Assembly: GCA_046303055.1 (NCBI GenBank)
Contig: JBKCGU010000042.1
Span: 21,304-85,303 of the forward strand
From: Polaromonas sp.
Lineage (GTDB): Bacteria > Pseudomonadota > Gammaproteobacteria > Burkholderiales > Burkholderiaceae_C
Direction of reading: 5' to 3'
DNA length: 64,000 bases
Below are positions 1 through 8,941 of the stretch, piece by piece; within the stretch, counting starts at the first letter, position 1; every line of letters starts with the position of its first letter. The notes beneath the pieces were generated by a model that searched no databases, was not told where the DNA came from, and saw nothing but the letters and a program-made list of their open reading frames with translations. Made by a program: the position numbers and the translations under genes.

Positions 1-1023
1 CTTCATCAAGCCGCCTTCGATACGCTTGGCAATTTCAATTTCGCCTTCGCGTGTCAGCAGCTCAACCGTGCCCATCTCGCGCATGTACATGCGCACCGGG
101 TCCGTCGTCCGTCCAAACTCGCTGTCGACCGTGGACAGCGCAGCTTCTGCGGCTTCTTCGGCTTCTTCTTCGGTCGAGCCAGCAGGCGCGTTGCTGGTGA
201 TCAGCAACGACTCTGCATCGGGCGTTTGCTCGTACACCGCCACGCCGAGGTCATTCAGCGTCAGGATCACAGCTTCGAGCGTTTCAGCATCGATCAGTTT
301 GTCCGGCAGGTGGTCAGAGATTTCGCCGTGAGTCAGGTAGCCACGTGTTTTGCCCAGTTTGATCAGCGCTTTCAGGCGCATGCGGCGTTTCAGAATGTCT
401 TCTTCGCTCAGGACAGTTTCGTCCAGGCCGAACTCTTTCATCAAGGCGCGTTCTTTGGCCTTGCTGATCTTCATCCGCAGGGGTTTGACTTTTTCGGTCG
501 CGTCGGCTGCCGGCGCTTCTTCAAATTCAGCCACAACGTCAGACAGGTCTTCGTCACCATCGCCTTTGGATTTGGGGCCGCGTTTGGCACCTGGTTTCTC
601 GCCTGGTTTGCCGGCGTCCACCGCTTTCGCCGGACGGCCGGGCTTCTTTTTCACAACAACTTCAGCGGTGGCGGCGACTGGTTTGGCCGCCAGAGGCTTG
701 GATTCAACAATTTTCTTGGTAGGCACTAGGGGAGCTTTCTTCGGGGGCGGAGCGGAAGGACTGGATTTGACGACTTTTGCGGCCGTTGCGGCTTTGGCGG
801 GCTTGACAGCTGTTTTGGCAATAACTTTAGAGCTTTTGGCTTTTTTTGTTTTATCAACCTTTGCAGGCTTTGCTACAGCCTTTGTCGCGGGCTTGGCTGC
901 GGGTTTCTTGACGGTTTTCGTCACTGTCTTTGCAACTGCCTTGACAACCGGTTTGGCAGCCGATTTGGCAGCCGGCTTTGTGGCTTGTTTTGCGACAGGT
1001 TTTTTGGATGTTTTCGAAGGCAT
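1..1023 (-). CDS. rpoD: RNA polymerase primary sigma factor RpoD, 5' part (runs off window start), with long Lys/Ala/Pro-rich N-terminal extension
   Basis: Manual translation from ATG at 1023 (GGAGA RBS upstream): MPSKTSKKPVAKQ...; region 1.1 (LIKLGKTRGYLTHGEISDHLP) and region 1.2 (TTDPVRMYMREMGTVELLTREGEIEIAKRIE); lies downstream of dnaG. Confidence 0.96.
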   Translation of the reverse strand, partial: MPSKTSKKPVAKQATKPAAKSAAKPVVKAVAKTVTKTVKKPAAKPATKAVAKPAKVDKTKKAKSSKVIAKTAVKPAKAATAAKVVKSSPSAPPPKKAPLVPTKKIVESKPLAAKPVAATAEVVVKKKPGRPAKAVDAGKPGEKPGAKRGPKSKGDGDEDLSDVVAEFEEAPAADATEKVKPLRMKISKAKERALMKEFGLDETVLSEEDILKRRMRLKALIKLGKTRGYLTHGEISDHLPDKLIDAETLEAVILTLNDLGVAVYEQTPDAESLLITSNAPAGSTEEEAEEAAEAALSTVDSEFGRTTDPVRMYMREMGTVELLTREGEIEIAKRIEGGLMK

Positions 1024-1346
1024 AGCGGGTCTCCGGTTGACAAAATGAATCCACAGAAGTAGTGACAAACAGCGTGCCAGTCAAAAGCCGACACGCACCA
1101 AACAGGCACGGTACAAAAACAGAACATGAATAAATGAAATGCGGGCCAAAAGGATATTTGGCCAACCGCAAACTGTAGGGGCGAACATTTGGTGTGCAGT
1201 CCTTGCGGAGCGGTGGCCAGCTCTTTTTTTGTAGAGCATTTCCGCTGTGCGGAAGGCCGATGCCGGAGGTGCTGCTGTCGCGTTTGCGGTCTCGAAAATC
1301 GGATTATACCCTATTGCCTATTTTTTAGGCTTGCCAAACTGACTTT

Positions 1347-3305
1347 TTAAGACTTGTTTTGCAGGCTGTTGGCGAGTTCTTTGTAGCGCTGCATGGCCAG
1401 CGGGTCAGTGGCAGCGCGTCCAGCGAGCTCCTGCATTTCCTGCTGCCGTTTGATTTTGACGAGCTGGTCGATGATGCTGCGCACCTCGCTGAAGTCGCCT
1501 TCAATGCCCTCTGGGATTTGTGAGATCTGGGCAATCGCATGGGCTTCGTGCGCATGGCCGCGCAAGCCCTCGCGCAGGGCCGCCCAAGGCTGGGGGCCGT
1601 GGTCATGGAGCTGGCTCTCAGCCCAGGCGAACAAGGGGCCATGCGGGGCAGGCAGGGCGCACAGCAGGTGGTGCTCGTCGCTATCAAGCAAGTCCCAGCT
1701 TTGCGGCTCGGTCAGCAAAAACCGCAACACGCGGTCTTCCCGGCTGGCAGGATGCAGGCGGCCTGCCAGCCGGCGAGTGGTTTTGACAGGGGGGGCAACG
1801 GGTGCCGAAAAATACGGCTCCGAGCTCGAGTAATCCACCTCGTCGCTGCCGGGGTAGCCTGCGTCATCAGGGTAGCCTGAAAACGCGTCTGCGCCGCTGC
1901 TTTGTGCCGGTTTTGGCGACAATATCGGGCTGCCAGCCAATAAATACTTGAGTGGGTAGCTACTCTTTTTATAGCTGCCAGCCTTGCTTGCAGGTTGCCA
2001 CAGCTCCAGCAAGTCGCGCCCATCAATCAGCACCTTGTCGGCAATCTCAGCCAGCAGTTGGCGCTTGAGCGCGCCGTCGGGCAGCAGTGTCCATAGCGGC
2101 CTGGCGTTACTGGCCATGTGGGCTCGGCCTTCGGCGGTGTCCAGGTCGCAATCTTCTGCGGCGGCTTGCAGCATGAACTTACTCAGGGGCAGCGCCTTAG
2201 TCACCATATCGGCAAAGCCGTCTTTGCCGTGCTGGCGGATGTAGCTGTCGGGGTCATGCTCGGCGGGCAGAAATAAAAACTTGACGGTACGCACATCAGT
2301 CGCAAAGGGCAGGGCAGCATCGAGCGCTTTACGCGCCGCGCGGCGACCTGCGCCGTCACCGTCAAAGCTGAACACGACCGATTCGGTAAAGCGAAACAGC
2401 TTTTGCACATGCTCTGCGGTGCAGGCCGTGCCCAGCGTCGCCACGGCGTTGGCAAAGCCCATTTGCGCCAGCGCCACCACGTCCATGTAACCTTCGGTCA
2501 CCAGTGCGTAGCCGTGCTCGCGCAAAGCGGTGCGTGCTTCAAACAGGCCGTATAGTTCGCGCCCTTTGCTAAAAACGGGTGTTTCGGGTGAATTCAAATA
2601 CTTGGGCTTTTCGTCAGACAGCACCCGCCCACCAAAGCCAATGCATTCGCCCTTGACGTTGCGGATGGGGAACATCACGCGGTCGCGAAAACGGTCATAC
2701 CGTTTGGCCTCACCAGCAGCATTTTCTTCGTTAGGCTCACCCGTGATGACCAAACCGCTTTCCACCAGCAGCGGGTCGCTGTAGTCAGGAAAGACGCTGG
2801 CCAGGCTGCGCCAGCCTTCTGGCGCATAGCCCAGGCCAAAGGTTTTGGCAATTTCGCCCGACAGGCCGCGGCCTTTGAAGTAGTCAATCGCCTTGGGTGA
2901 GTTGCGCAGGGCCTTGATGTAGGCCATGCCGGCTCTTTCAAGCACGCTGGTCAAGGTGGCCTGCTGCTCGCGCATTTGCGCGGCTTTGGCCCGGTCTTGG
3001 GGAGACACATCGTCTTCAGGCACCTGCAGGCCGTATTGCTGGGCCAGGTCCTTCACGGCTTCAATAAACGTCATGCCGCCGTGGTCCATCAAAAAGCCGA
3101 TGGCGTTGCCGTTTTTGCCGCAGCCAAAGCAGTGGTAAAACTGCTTTGCGGGGCTGACACTGAACGATGGCGACTTTTCGCCATGAAAAGGGCACAGGCC
3201 CATGAAGTTGGCGCCGCCCTTTTTCAGCTGAACATAGCGGCCCACAATGTCGACCACGTCGGCGCGTGCCAGTAGCTCTTGAATAAAGGATTGTGGAATC
3301 GCCAT
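1347..3305 (-). CDS. dnaG: DNA primase
   Basis: Zn finger CPFHGEKSPSF...CFGCG, FRDRVMFPI, KYLNSPET, TOPRIM motifs EGYMDV and FDGDGAG. Confidence 0.98.
   Translation of the reverse strand: MAIPQSFIQELLARADVVDIVGRYVQLKKGGANFMGLCPFHGEKSPSFSVSPAKQFYHCFGCGKNGNAIGFLMDHGGMTFIEAVKDLAQQYGLQVPEDDVSPQDRAKAAQMREQQATLTSVLERAGMAYIKALRNSPKAIDYFKGRGLSGEIAKTFGLGYAPEGWRSLASVFPDYSDPLLVESGLVITGEPNEENAAGEAKRYDRFRDRVMFPIRNVKGECIGFGGRVLSDEKPKYLNSPETPVFSKGRELYGLFEARTALREHGYALVTEGYMDVVALAQMGFANAVATLGTACTAEHVQKLFRFTESVVFSFDGDGAGRRAARKALDAALPFATDVRTVKFLFLPAEHDPDSYIRQHGKDGFADMVTKALPLSKFMLQAAAEDCDLDTAEGRAHMASNARPLWTLLPDGALKRQLLAEIADKVLIDGRDLLELWQPASKAGSYKKSSYPLKYLLAGSPILSPKPAQSSGADAFSGYPDDAGYPGSDEVDYSSSEPYFSAPVAPPVKTTRRLAGRLHPASREDRVLRFLLTEPQSWDLLDSDEHHLLCALPAPHGPLFAWAESQLHDHGPQPWAALREGLRGHAHEAHAIAQISQIPEGIEGDFSEVRSIIDQLVKIKRQQEMQELAGRAATDPLAMQRYKELANSLQNKS
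1922..1975 (+). repeat. 54-bp dispersed element (family A), inside dnaG linker
   Basis: atatcgggctgccagccaataaatacttgagtgggtagctactctttttatagc; read antisense as SYKKSSYPLKYLLAGSPI in DnaG. Confidence 0.75.
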
Positions 3306-3348
3306 AACGCTATTTTGACCTGTCAGGTAGCTTGTGGTTCAGGCGGAG

Positions 3349-3386
3349 AAAAACCCGAAAAAAACCGAAAAAACCCCAAAAAAAAA
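3349..3386. other. Four phased A-tracts (~10-bp period) upstream of dnaG
   Basis: A-runs start at 3349, 3358, 3368 and 3378 (5, 7, 6 and 9 A), separated by C-rich spacers. Confidence 0.7.
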
Positions 3387-3407
3387 CCCGCACATGGCGG
3401 GCTTTTC
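3378..3407 (-). terminator. Rho-independent terminator, possibly bidirectional
   Basis: Stem cccgc-acatg-gcggg (3387-3401) with A9 on the left and cttttc on the right; follows the small ORF at 3425-3490. Confidence 0.75.
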
Positions 3408-3424
3408 AAATCCATCGAAGCAAC

Positions 3425-3490
3425 TTATTTGGCGGGTGCTTTTTTCGATGCTTTTTTGCTTTTCTTTGGTTTTGCGGTAGCGTTGTTCAT
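3425..3490 (-). CDS. Putative 21-aa Lys/Ala-rich micro-protein MNNATAKPKKSKKASKKAPAK
   Basis: Manual translation; gtgagacacc (weak SD) before the ATG, TAA stop, terminator ~20 bp downstream; below the ORF-track cutoff. Confidence 0.5.
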   Translation of the reverse strand: MNNATAKPKKSKKASKKAPAK

Positions 3491-3662
3491 GGTGTCTCAC
3501 TTGAGTTAAGGGGGGCGAATGACAACAACCAGGGGCTGCTGCGGACTCTTGTTACGCTATGGAACTGCTTCCAAGCTTGGCAAGTAGATTTTAAACGGCA
3601 CATCGGTGCGCATGGTTGACATCATTTGCTGATTTTTGTTATTTACCAACCCTTGTTGATGA

Positions 3663-5120
3663 ATGAACGCTAAACCGTTAGAACCTGGCCGTTTCCCTTA
3701 TCGCAGGACGTACCACAACTGGGACTTTGTCCGGTTTCTGCTTTGCCGCCCGTTTTACATCATGTTGTTCTTTTTGGTGGTCGAGGCTGCCCTGGCCGCT
3801 GCCACGACCGCGCTCATCATCAAGGCCGGGCATGATGTGGCCGAGCAGGAGTTTTTGATTTCAGACTTTGTCTGGATGGTGTTGGCCCAGTCGGCATCGT
3901 ACGTGGTGGGCGCGACCAGCTGGGTGTTTGCCGAGCGGGCCGGCTTTGGCGCCTATGGCCGCTACATGTTGCGTTTTGCACGTGACAACCGCAGCCAGCC
4001 AGAGCTGATGGGCGACCAGGCCCAGCGCGAGCGCACAGAACCCTTTTTAACCAACGAAACGTTTCAGATATTTTTTGAACTGGTGTATGAGCTGGAAGCT
4101 GATTTAAAGCTCTTTTTTGGCCTGATTTTCAATGCCGCAGTCCTGGGTTTTGCGATTGATGCCGGGCTGCCAGGGGTGTACGCAGCCGTGTTCGTGTTGC
4201 TGCTGGGCCTGCAATACGTGGTGCGCCGGCCAGTGGCGGCTGCCTACCTGGCGCAGCAGGCCACCAGTAACCGCATGACGGCCCACACCTACACCGCCTG
4301 GGACAACATCACGGCCGGTAACCGCTACAACTACCGGCTGTGGCATGCGGGCTTCAAGCGGCGGCTGCGCGATGCGCTGGGCGCGCAAATCAAGGCGATT
4401 TTGGCGCGCGAGGGAATTGCCACGATCAGCGGCATTTTTGCGCTGGTGGTGATCTTCAGTTACCTGGCCTGGATAGCCGGGCGCAACGTTGCGGATACCG
4501 GCCTGCTGATTGCGCTGGCCGCCACGCTGCCCCGGCAGATTGATTTGTCATACAACGTTCACGGCCTGGCCAGCGGCTGGAACGACCTGCTGGCCGTGTG
4601 GACGCGCATGACAGGTGCTTGCGCTGCCATGCGGCCCGAGCCCGATGCCAACTTTGACCAGCGCATTCAGTTTGATGGCGTGGCTCTGTCTGATAGTCAG
4701 AATTCGCTGGTGTGCGACAGCGTTGACGACGCGCTGGCCCACATCCGCGCCCAGCCGCAGGGCCGCCTGCTGGTGCGCGGCAGCAATGGCTCGGGCAAGT
4801 CAACCCTGCTGGTGGCGCTCAAAGCGCAGCTGGGCTCGGCTGCCTACTATTGGCCAACCAGTGACAAATTGGCGTTTGCGTTTTTGGGCAATGGAGTTGT
4901 TGACGAAGACGGGGAGCCTGTTGCAAATGGCTTTTCATCCGGCGAGCGGCAGTTTAAAAGTCTGCAGGAAATCGTCAACCGCACCCATGCAGCGGTGTAT
5001 TTGCTCGACGAATGGGATGCCAACCTGGACGCCAAAAACCGCGCCAGCGCGGAAAGCCTGGTGGCCCAACTGGCCGCCCGCGCCGTGGTGGTTGAAATAT
5101 CGCACCGCGACCGGGTGTAA
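3663..5120 (+). CDS. ABC exporter-like protein, fused membrane domain plus compact ATPase domain
   Basis: Several hydrophobic helices in the N-terminal part; Walker A GSNGSGKST, signature-like FSSGE, Walker B YLLDE, D-loop ANLD, H-loop ISHR. Confidence 0.8.
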   Translation: MNAKPLEPGRFPYRRTYHNWDFVRFLLCRPFYIMLFFLVVEAALAAATTALIIKAGHDVAEQEFLISDFVWMVLAQSASYVVGATSWVFAERAGFGAYGRYMLRFARDNRSQPELMGDQAQRERTEPFLTNETFQIFFELVYELEADLKLFFGLIFNAAVLGFAIDAGLPGVYAAVFVLLLGLQYVVRRPVAAAYLAQQATSNRMTAHTYTAWDNITAGNRYNYRLWHAGFKRRLRDALGAQIKAILAREGIATISGIFALVVIFSYLAWIAGRNVADTGLLIALAATLPRQIDLSYNVHGLASGWNDLLAVWTRMTGACAAMRPEPDANFDQRIQFDGVALSDSQNSLVCDSVDDALAHIRAQPQGRLLVRGSNGSGKSTLLVALKAQLGSAAYYWPTSDKLAFAFLGNGVVDEDGEPVANGFSSGERQFKSLQEIVNRTHAAVYLLDEWDANLDAKNRASAESLVAQLAARAVVVEISHRDRV

Positions 5121-5150
5121 GCTGAACGGACACAAAACGAAAGAGACAAC

Positions 5151-6794
5151 ATGCCCCATATTTTTGACACTGACTTGCCCAAAACCGCCGCCAACTATGC
5201 GGCCCAGTCGCCGCTGGCGTTCATTGAACGAACGGCCGAGGTCTACCCCGACCGACTAGCGGTGGTACACGGCAACCTGCGTCAAACCTGGGTAGAGACG
5301 TTCACCCGCTGCCGTCAGCTGGCCAGCGCACTGCAAAAGCACGGCATAGGCAAGGGCGACACGGTGGCCGTGATGCTGCCCAACACGCCGCCCATGGTGG
5401 AGGCGCACTTTGGCATACCCGTGACAGGGGCGGTACTGAATGCGCTGAACACCCGGCTGGATACTGAAACGATCGCCTTCATGCTCGACCACGGCGAGGC
5501 CAAAGTGGTGATCGTCGACCCGGAATTTGCAGGCACCCTGCAAAAGGCCCTGGCGCTGCGCACGTCCAGCACGCCGCTACTTGTCATCAATGCTGAGGAC
5601 GCACTGTACACGGGCGACAGCCTTCGGATTGGGAGCATCAGCTACGACGAATTTTTGGCTACAGGCGATGCCAGCTATGCATGGAAGCTGCCCGACGATG
5701 AATGGGATGCGATAGCTTTGAACTACACCAGCGGCACCACCGGAAATCCCAAAGGCGTGGTGTACCACCACCGGGGCGCAGCGGCCAATGCCGTGTCAAA
5801 CATTCTGGAATGGGATATGCCCAAACACCCAGTGTACCTATGGACGCTGCCCATGTTTCATTGCAACGGCTGGTGCTTTCCGTGGACGGTGGCGGCGCGT
5901 GCAGGCGTGAACGTGTGCCTGCGCAAAGTGGCTGCGCCCGAGATTTTTGAGGCGATCAGTGCCCACGGCGTGACCCACTACTGTGCCGCGCCCATCGTGC
6001 ACGGCATGTTGGTCAATGCGCCTGATGCGCTCAAGCAGGGCTTGCCGCGCGGCGTCAAAGGCATGGTGGCAGGTGCAGCGCCGCCCGCGTCGATGATTGA
6101 AGGCATGGAAGCGCTGGGCTTTGACTTGACCCACGTTTACGGGCTGACCGAGGTCTACGGCCCGGCCACCGTCTGTGCCAAGCACGATGCCTGGGACGCG
6201 CTGGACATTGGCGAACGGGCCCGTCTGAACGCCCGGCAAGGCGTGCGCTACCACCTCGAGGCTGACGTACGCGTGCTCGACTCTGCCACCATGCTGCCGG
6301 TGCCGCAAGACGGCCACACCATGGGCGAGATCATGTTCAAGGGCAATATCGCGATGAAAGGCTATTTGAAAAACGCCAAAGCCACCGAAGAGGCGTTTGC
6401 AGGCGGCTGGTTTCACTCAGGCGATTTGGCCGTGTGCTACCCCGACGGCTACATGAAGATCAAAGACCGCAGCAAAGACATCATCATTTCGGGCGGTGAA
6501 AACATCAGCTCCATCGAGGTGGAAGACGTCCTGTACCGCCACCCCGACGTGCTGGCCGCCGCGGTGGTCGCCAAGCCAGACGAACGCTGGGGTGAAACGC
6601 CTTGCGCATTTGTAGAACTGAAGGCGGGCGCGACGACGCGGGCCGAAGACATCGTGGCGCATTGCAAAAAGCACCTGGCTGCTTTCAAAGTGCCGCGCGC
6701 GGTGGTGTTTGGGGAGTTGCCCAAAACGTCGACGGGCAAGGTTCAGAAGTTTGAGCTTCGCAAGTTGGCTGGGTCGGCAGCGGCTATTGGTTGA
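5151..6794 (+). CDS. Acyl-CoA synthetase (ANL superfamily, medium/long-chain or DmdB-like)
   Basis: [19 protein letters not shown]...KDRSKDIIISGGENISS, PKTSTGK. Confidence 0.93.
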   Translation: MPHIFDTDLPKTAANYAAQSPLAFIERTAEVYPDRLAVVHGNLRQTWVETFTRCRQLASALQKHGIGKGDTVAVMLPNTPPMVEAHFGIPVTGAVLNALNTRLDTETIAFMLDHGEAKVVIVDPEFAGTLQKALALRTSSTPLLVINAEDALYTGDSLRIGSISYDEFLATGDASYAWKLPDDEWDAIALNYTSGTTGNPKGVVYHHRGAAANAVSNILEWDMPKHPVYLWTLPMFHCNGWCFPWTVAARAGVNVCLRKVAAPEIFEAISAHGVTHYCAAPIVHGMLVNAPDALKQGLPRGVKGMVAGAAPPASMIEGMEALGFDLTHVYGLTEVYGPATVCAKHDAWDALDIGERARLNARQGVRYHLEADVRVLDSATMLPVPQDGHTMGEIMFKGNIAMKGYLKNAKATEEAFAGGWFHSGDLAVCYPDGYMKIKDRSKDIIISGGENISSIEVEDVLYRHPDVLAAAVVAKPDERWGETPCAFVELKAGATTRAEDIVAHCKKHLAAFKVPRAVVFGELPKTSTGKVQKFELRKLAGSAAAIG

Positions 6795-7364
6795 ACAGGG
6801 CGCGTGGCGTGGTTGCGGGGGTGAATCGCCCCGGGTTTCATGGAGGCCCGTTGGGTTAAGTCAGACCGACATGAGGGCCCGACAGCCAATGCGGTAGCCT
6901 CAAACTCCAGTCAGCGCTTGTCGGCTTGCTCAACTATCAGTTCAGCTTAGGACTCAACGGCGAAAGCTGTTTCTGGATGGTTTAAGTCTAACGAAAAGAA
7001 ATACCTAAAAACTGGCCCTTGTATCTCACAGGCGGAGGAAATTTTTCTCCGCGGTCTGGCAGGTCAACTCAGCACAGTAACCGTTGACGCTACGGTGCGC
7101 CAACATGAACCAATCGACTGTGCCAAGCGCCAGCAAGTATCTGGCGGCCGCATCCATCAACCAAAATGTGCCAGCCATGCCGGCGGGATATTGGGTGCAA
7201 TCAGCCGTCGGGCATTTGCGGTTGATCCTTTAGTCGTCCTGGGTACCCGTAGACTGGCCGAAGTGAAAGAGGGCGGGTTTGATTGTTTCTATGTCCTTGT
7301 GCATCTGGACACAGTATGTTTTCAGGCGACCAGAAAGGGCAACCGAAGTCCGGCCACCCCGACT

Positions 7365-7586
7365 TCAAACCCAACCCTGACGCCAGACGCCGTCATCTTG
7401 TAGTTCACGCCAAGCAATGACTTGGGTGGCTTTGGAGAACACGGCTTCAATTTCCACGCTTTCGATCGGTTCGGTTGGCAGGCCGGGTTGAATCACGCGG
7501 CTGACCAGGAAGTGCTTTTGTTTTGCATGGGGAGCTACCGCCGTCCATTTGCTTAACAACAGTTTTTTTGGATTCAGGGGATTCAT
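7365..7586 (-). CDS. Small Trp-rich conserved protein (TIGR02450-like)
   Basis: NPKKLLLSKWTAV...KHFLV and C-terminal WRELQD..VWRQGW pattern; 9 bp downstream of mltB. Confidence 0.8.
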   Translation of the reverse strand: MNPLNPKKLLLSKWTAVAPHAKQKHFLVSRVIQPGLPTEPIESVEIEAVFSKATQVIAWRELQDDGVWRQGWV

Positions 7587-7595
7587 GGGCCTGGG

Positions 7596-8723
7596 TCACT
7601 TGCTGTTTTTCAGTTCTCGCGCTACTGCTTGCCCCAACTCAATGACCGCCATAGCGTAGTAGCTGCTCCAGTTGTAGCGGGTGATGGCGTAAAAGTTTTC
7701 TGTGCCTGCCACGTACTGCGGCGTGTCGGGGCCATTGAGCAGTTCGATCAGGGCCAGTGGGCCTGAATGCGCCAGCGCCAGACCCTCCAGCACAGCGCCT
7801 TTGGCGGTGAAGCTGGCTACGCTGAAGGTGGGCAGAATGTCTGGGGCCATCAGGGCGTCCATGTCCAGGCGGGTTTTGTCGAAGGTAACGGGGTAGTGGG
7901 TGGGCATGCCAGGCTGCCAGTTGAAGGCCTTGAAGTAGCTGGCAACCGAGCCAATCGCATCGGCGGGGCTGTTCCAAAGGTCAATCGTGCCGTCGCCGTC
8001 AAAGTCCACCGCGTACTTGGCAACACTGGAAGGCATGAACTGCGGCATGCCCATGGCGCCTGCAAAGCTGCCGCGCGGCTCAAGTGGGTCTGCGCTACGA
8101 CGGCTCTGCAGGGTCAAAAATTGTTCGACTTCACCTTTGAAAAATTCGCTGCGCTCTTTGGCGCGCGGGTGACTCGATGGGAAGTCAAAGGCCAGTGTTG
8201 TCAGGGCGTCCAGCACTCGAAAGCTTCCGGTGTCGCGACCATAGATGGTTTCAACGCCGATGATGCCGACGATGATGTCGATGGGTACGCCGTATTCTTT
8301 TTCGGCGCGCTCCAGCGTGGCTTGGTTAGCCTGCCAAAACCTCACGCCCGCAGCAATGCGGACCGGGTCAATAAAACGGCTGCGGTAAACACGCCAGTTT
8401 TTGACAAAGGGTTTGGCAGCCGGTTGCATCAGTTTGACGACCGTGGCGCTGTAGCGCGATTGACCGATGGCGCTCTTTACCCAAGCAGGATCCAAGTCGC
8501 GCCGGGCGGCCAGGTCTTCGGCAAACTGCATGACCTCTGGCCGGCTAGCGTACGGCGAGCCAGCGCTGTTGACTTGTATGGCTGCCTGCCCGGAGCTTGA
8601 AATAGACCGCTTTGAGGGATGTTTTTTAGAGTTGTTCGGGCCTTTAGCCCATGTATTAGCAGCGCAAGCAGCTCCTAAAAAAAGAGCAACTGAAACGCTG
8701 ACGACTTGCCTTGAAAATTTCAT
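7596..8723 (-). CDS. mltB: Lytic murein transglycosylase B
   Basis: IIGVETIYGR, GSFAGAMGMPQFMPSS, DFDGDG EF-hand-like loop, AITRYNWSSYYAMAV. Confidence 0.95.
   Translation of the reverse strand: MKFSRQVVSVSVALFLGAACAANTWAKGPNNSKKHPSKRSISSSGQAAIQVNSAGSPYASRPEVMQFAEDLAARRDLDPAWVKSAIGQSRYSATVVKLMQPAAKPFVKNWRVYRSRFIDPVRIAAGVRFWQANQATLERAEKEYGVPIDIIVGIIGVETIYGRDTGSFRVLDALTTLAFDFPSSHPRAKERSEFFKGEVEQFLTLQSRRSADPLEPRGSFAGAMGMPQFMPSSVAKYAVDFDGDGTIDLWNSPADAIGSVASYFKAFNWQPGMPTHYPVTFDKTRLDMDALMAPDILPTFSVASFTAKGAVLEGLALAHSGPLALIELLNGPDTPQYVAGTENFYAITRYNWSSYYAMAVIELGQAVARELKNSK
8634..8687 (+). repeat. 54-bp element (family A) encoding part of the MltB signal peptide
   Basis: gttcgggcctttagcccatgtattagcagcgcaagcagctcctaaaaaaagagc; antisense reads ALFLGAACAANTWAKGPN. 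Confidence 0.75.
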
Positions 8724-8790
8724 TTGGCCATTTTACGCAGGCCATACCAGCGTCATGAACTGTTGCCTTGGCTGGTGGCGTCGTTTGCCT

Positions 8791-8892
8791 GACGGCGACG
8801 ATGCTGGCGATCCGCACGATGCATAGGTCTTGCCTGCTGAGGTGTTTAAAACCGATGTTTTTCAGCAGGTCAAGCCGGGACTGATGTTGCCA
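8791..8892 (-). pseudogene. Fragment of TgpA-like (DUF3488/transglutaminase) gene
   Basis: Manual translation WQHQSRLDLLKNIGFKHLSRQDLCIVRIASIVAV resembles the post-catalytic segment of TgpA-like proteins (from memory ...QSRQLDLLKNLGF...WQDL...). Confidence 0.6.
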
Positions 8893-8899
8893 AGTGCTT

Positions 8900-8929
8900 G
8901 GCCAGCAAAAAGGTCAGAAGGTAGCCCAG
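8900..8929 (-). pseudogene. Fragment of DUF58 gene
   Basis: LGYLLTFLLA matches the N-terminal TM motif of MoxR-associated DUF58 proteins (from memory NYQLNLGYLLTFLLAG); sits between the moxR and tgpA fragments in operon order. Confidence 0.55.
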
Positions 8930-8941
8930 ACGATACTCGCA

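Noticed and set aside
6800-7100. tmRNA, 6S RNA, RNase P or SRP RNA
   Set aside because: I found no tag peptide, tRNA-like ends or other hallmark motifs by eye. An Rfam scan would settle it.
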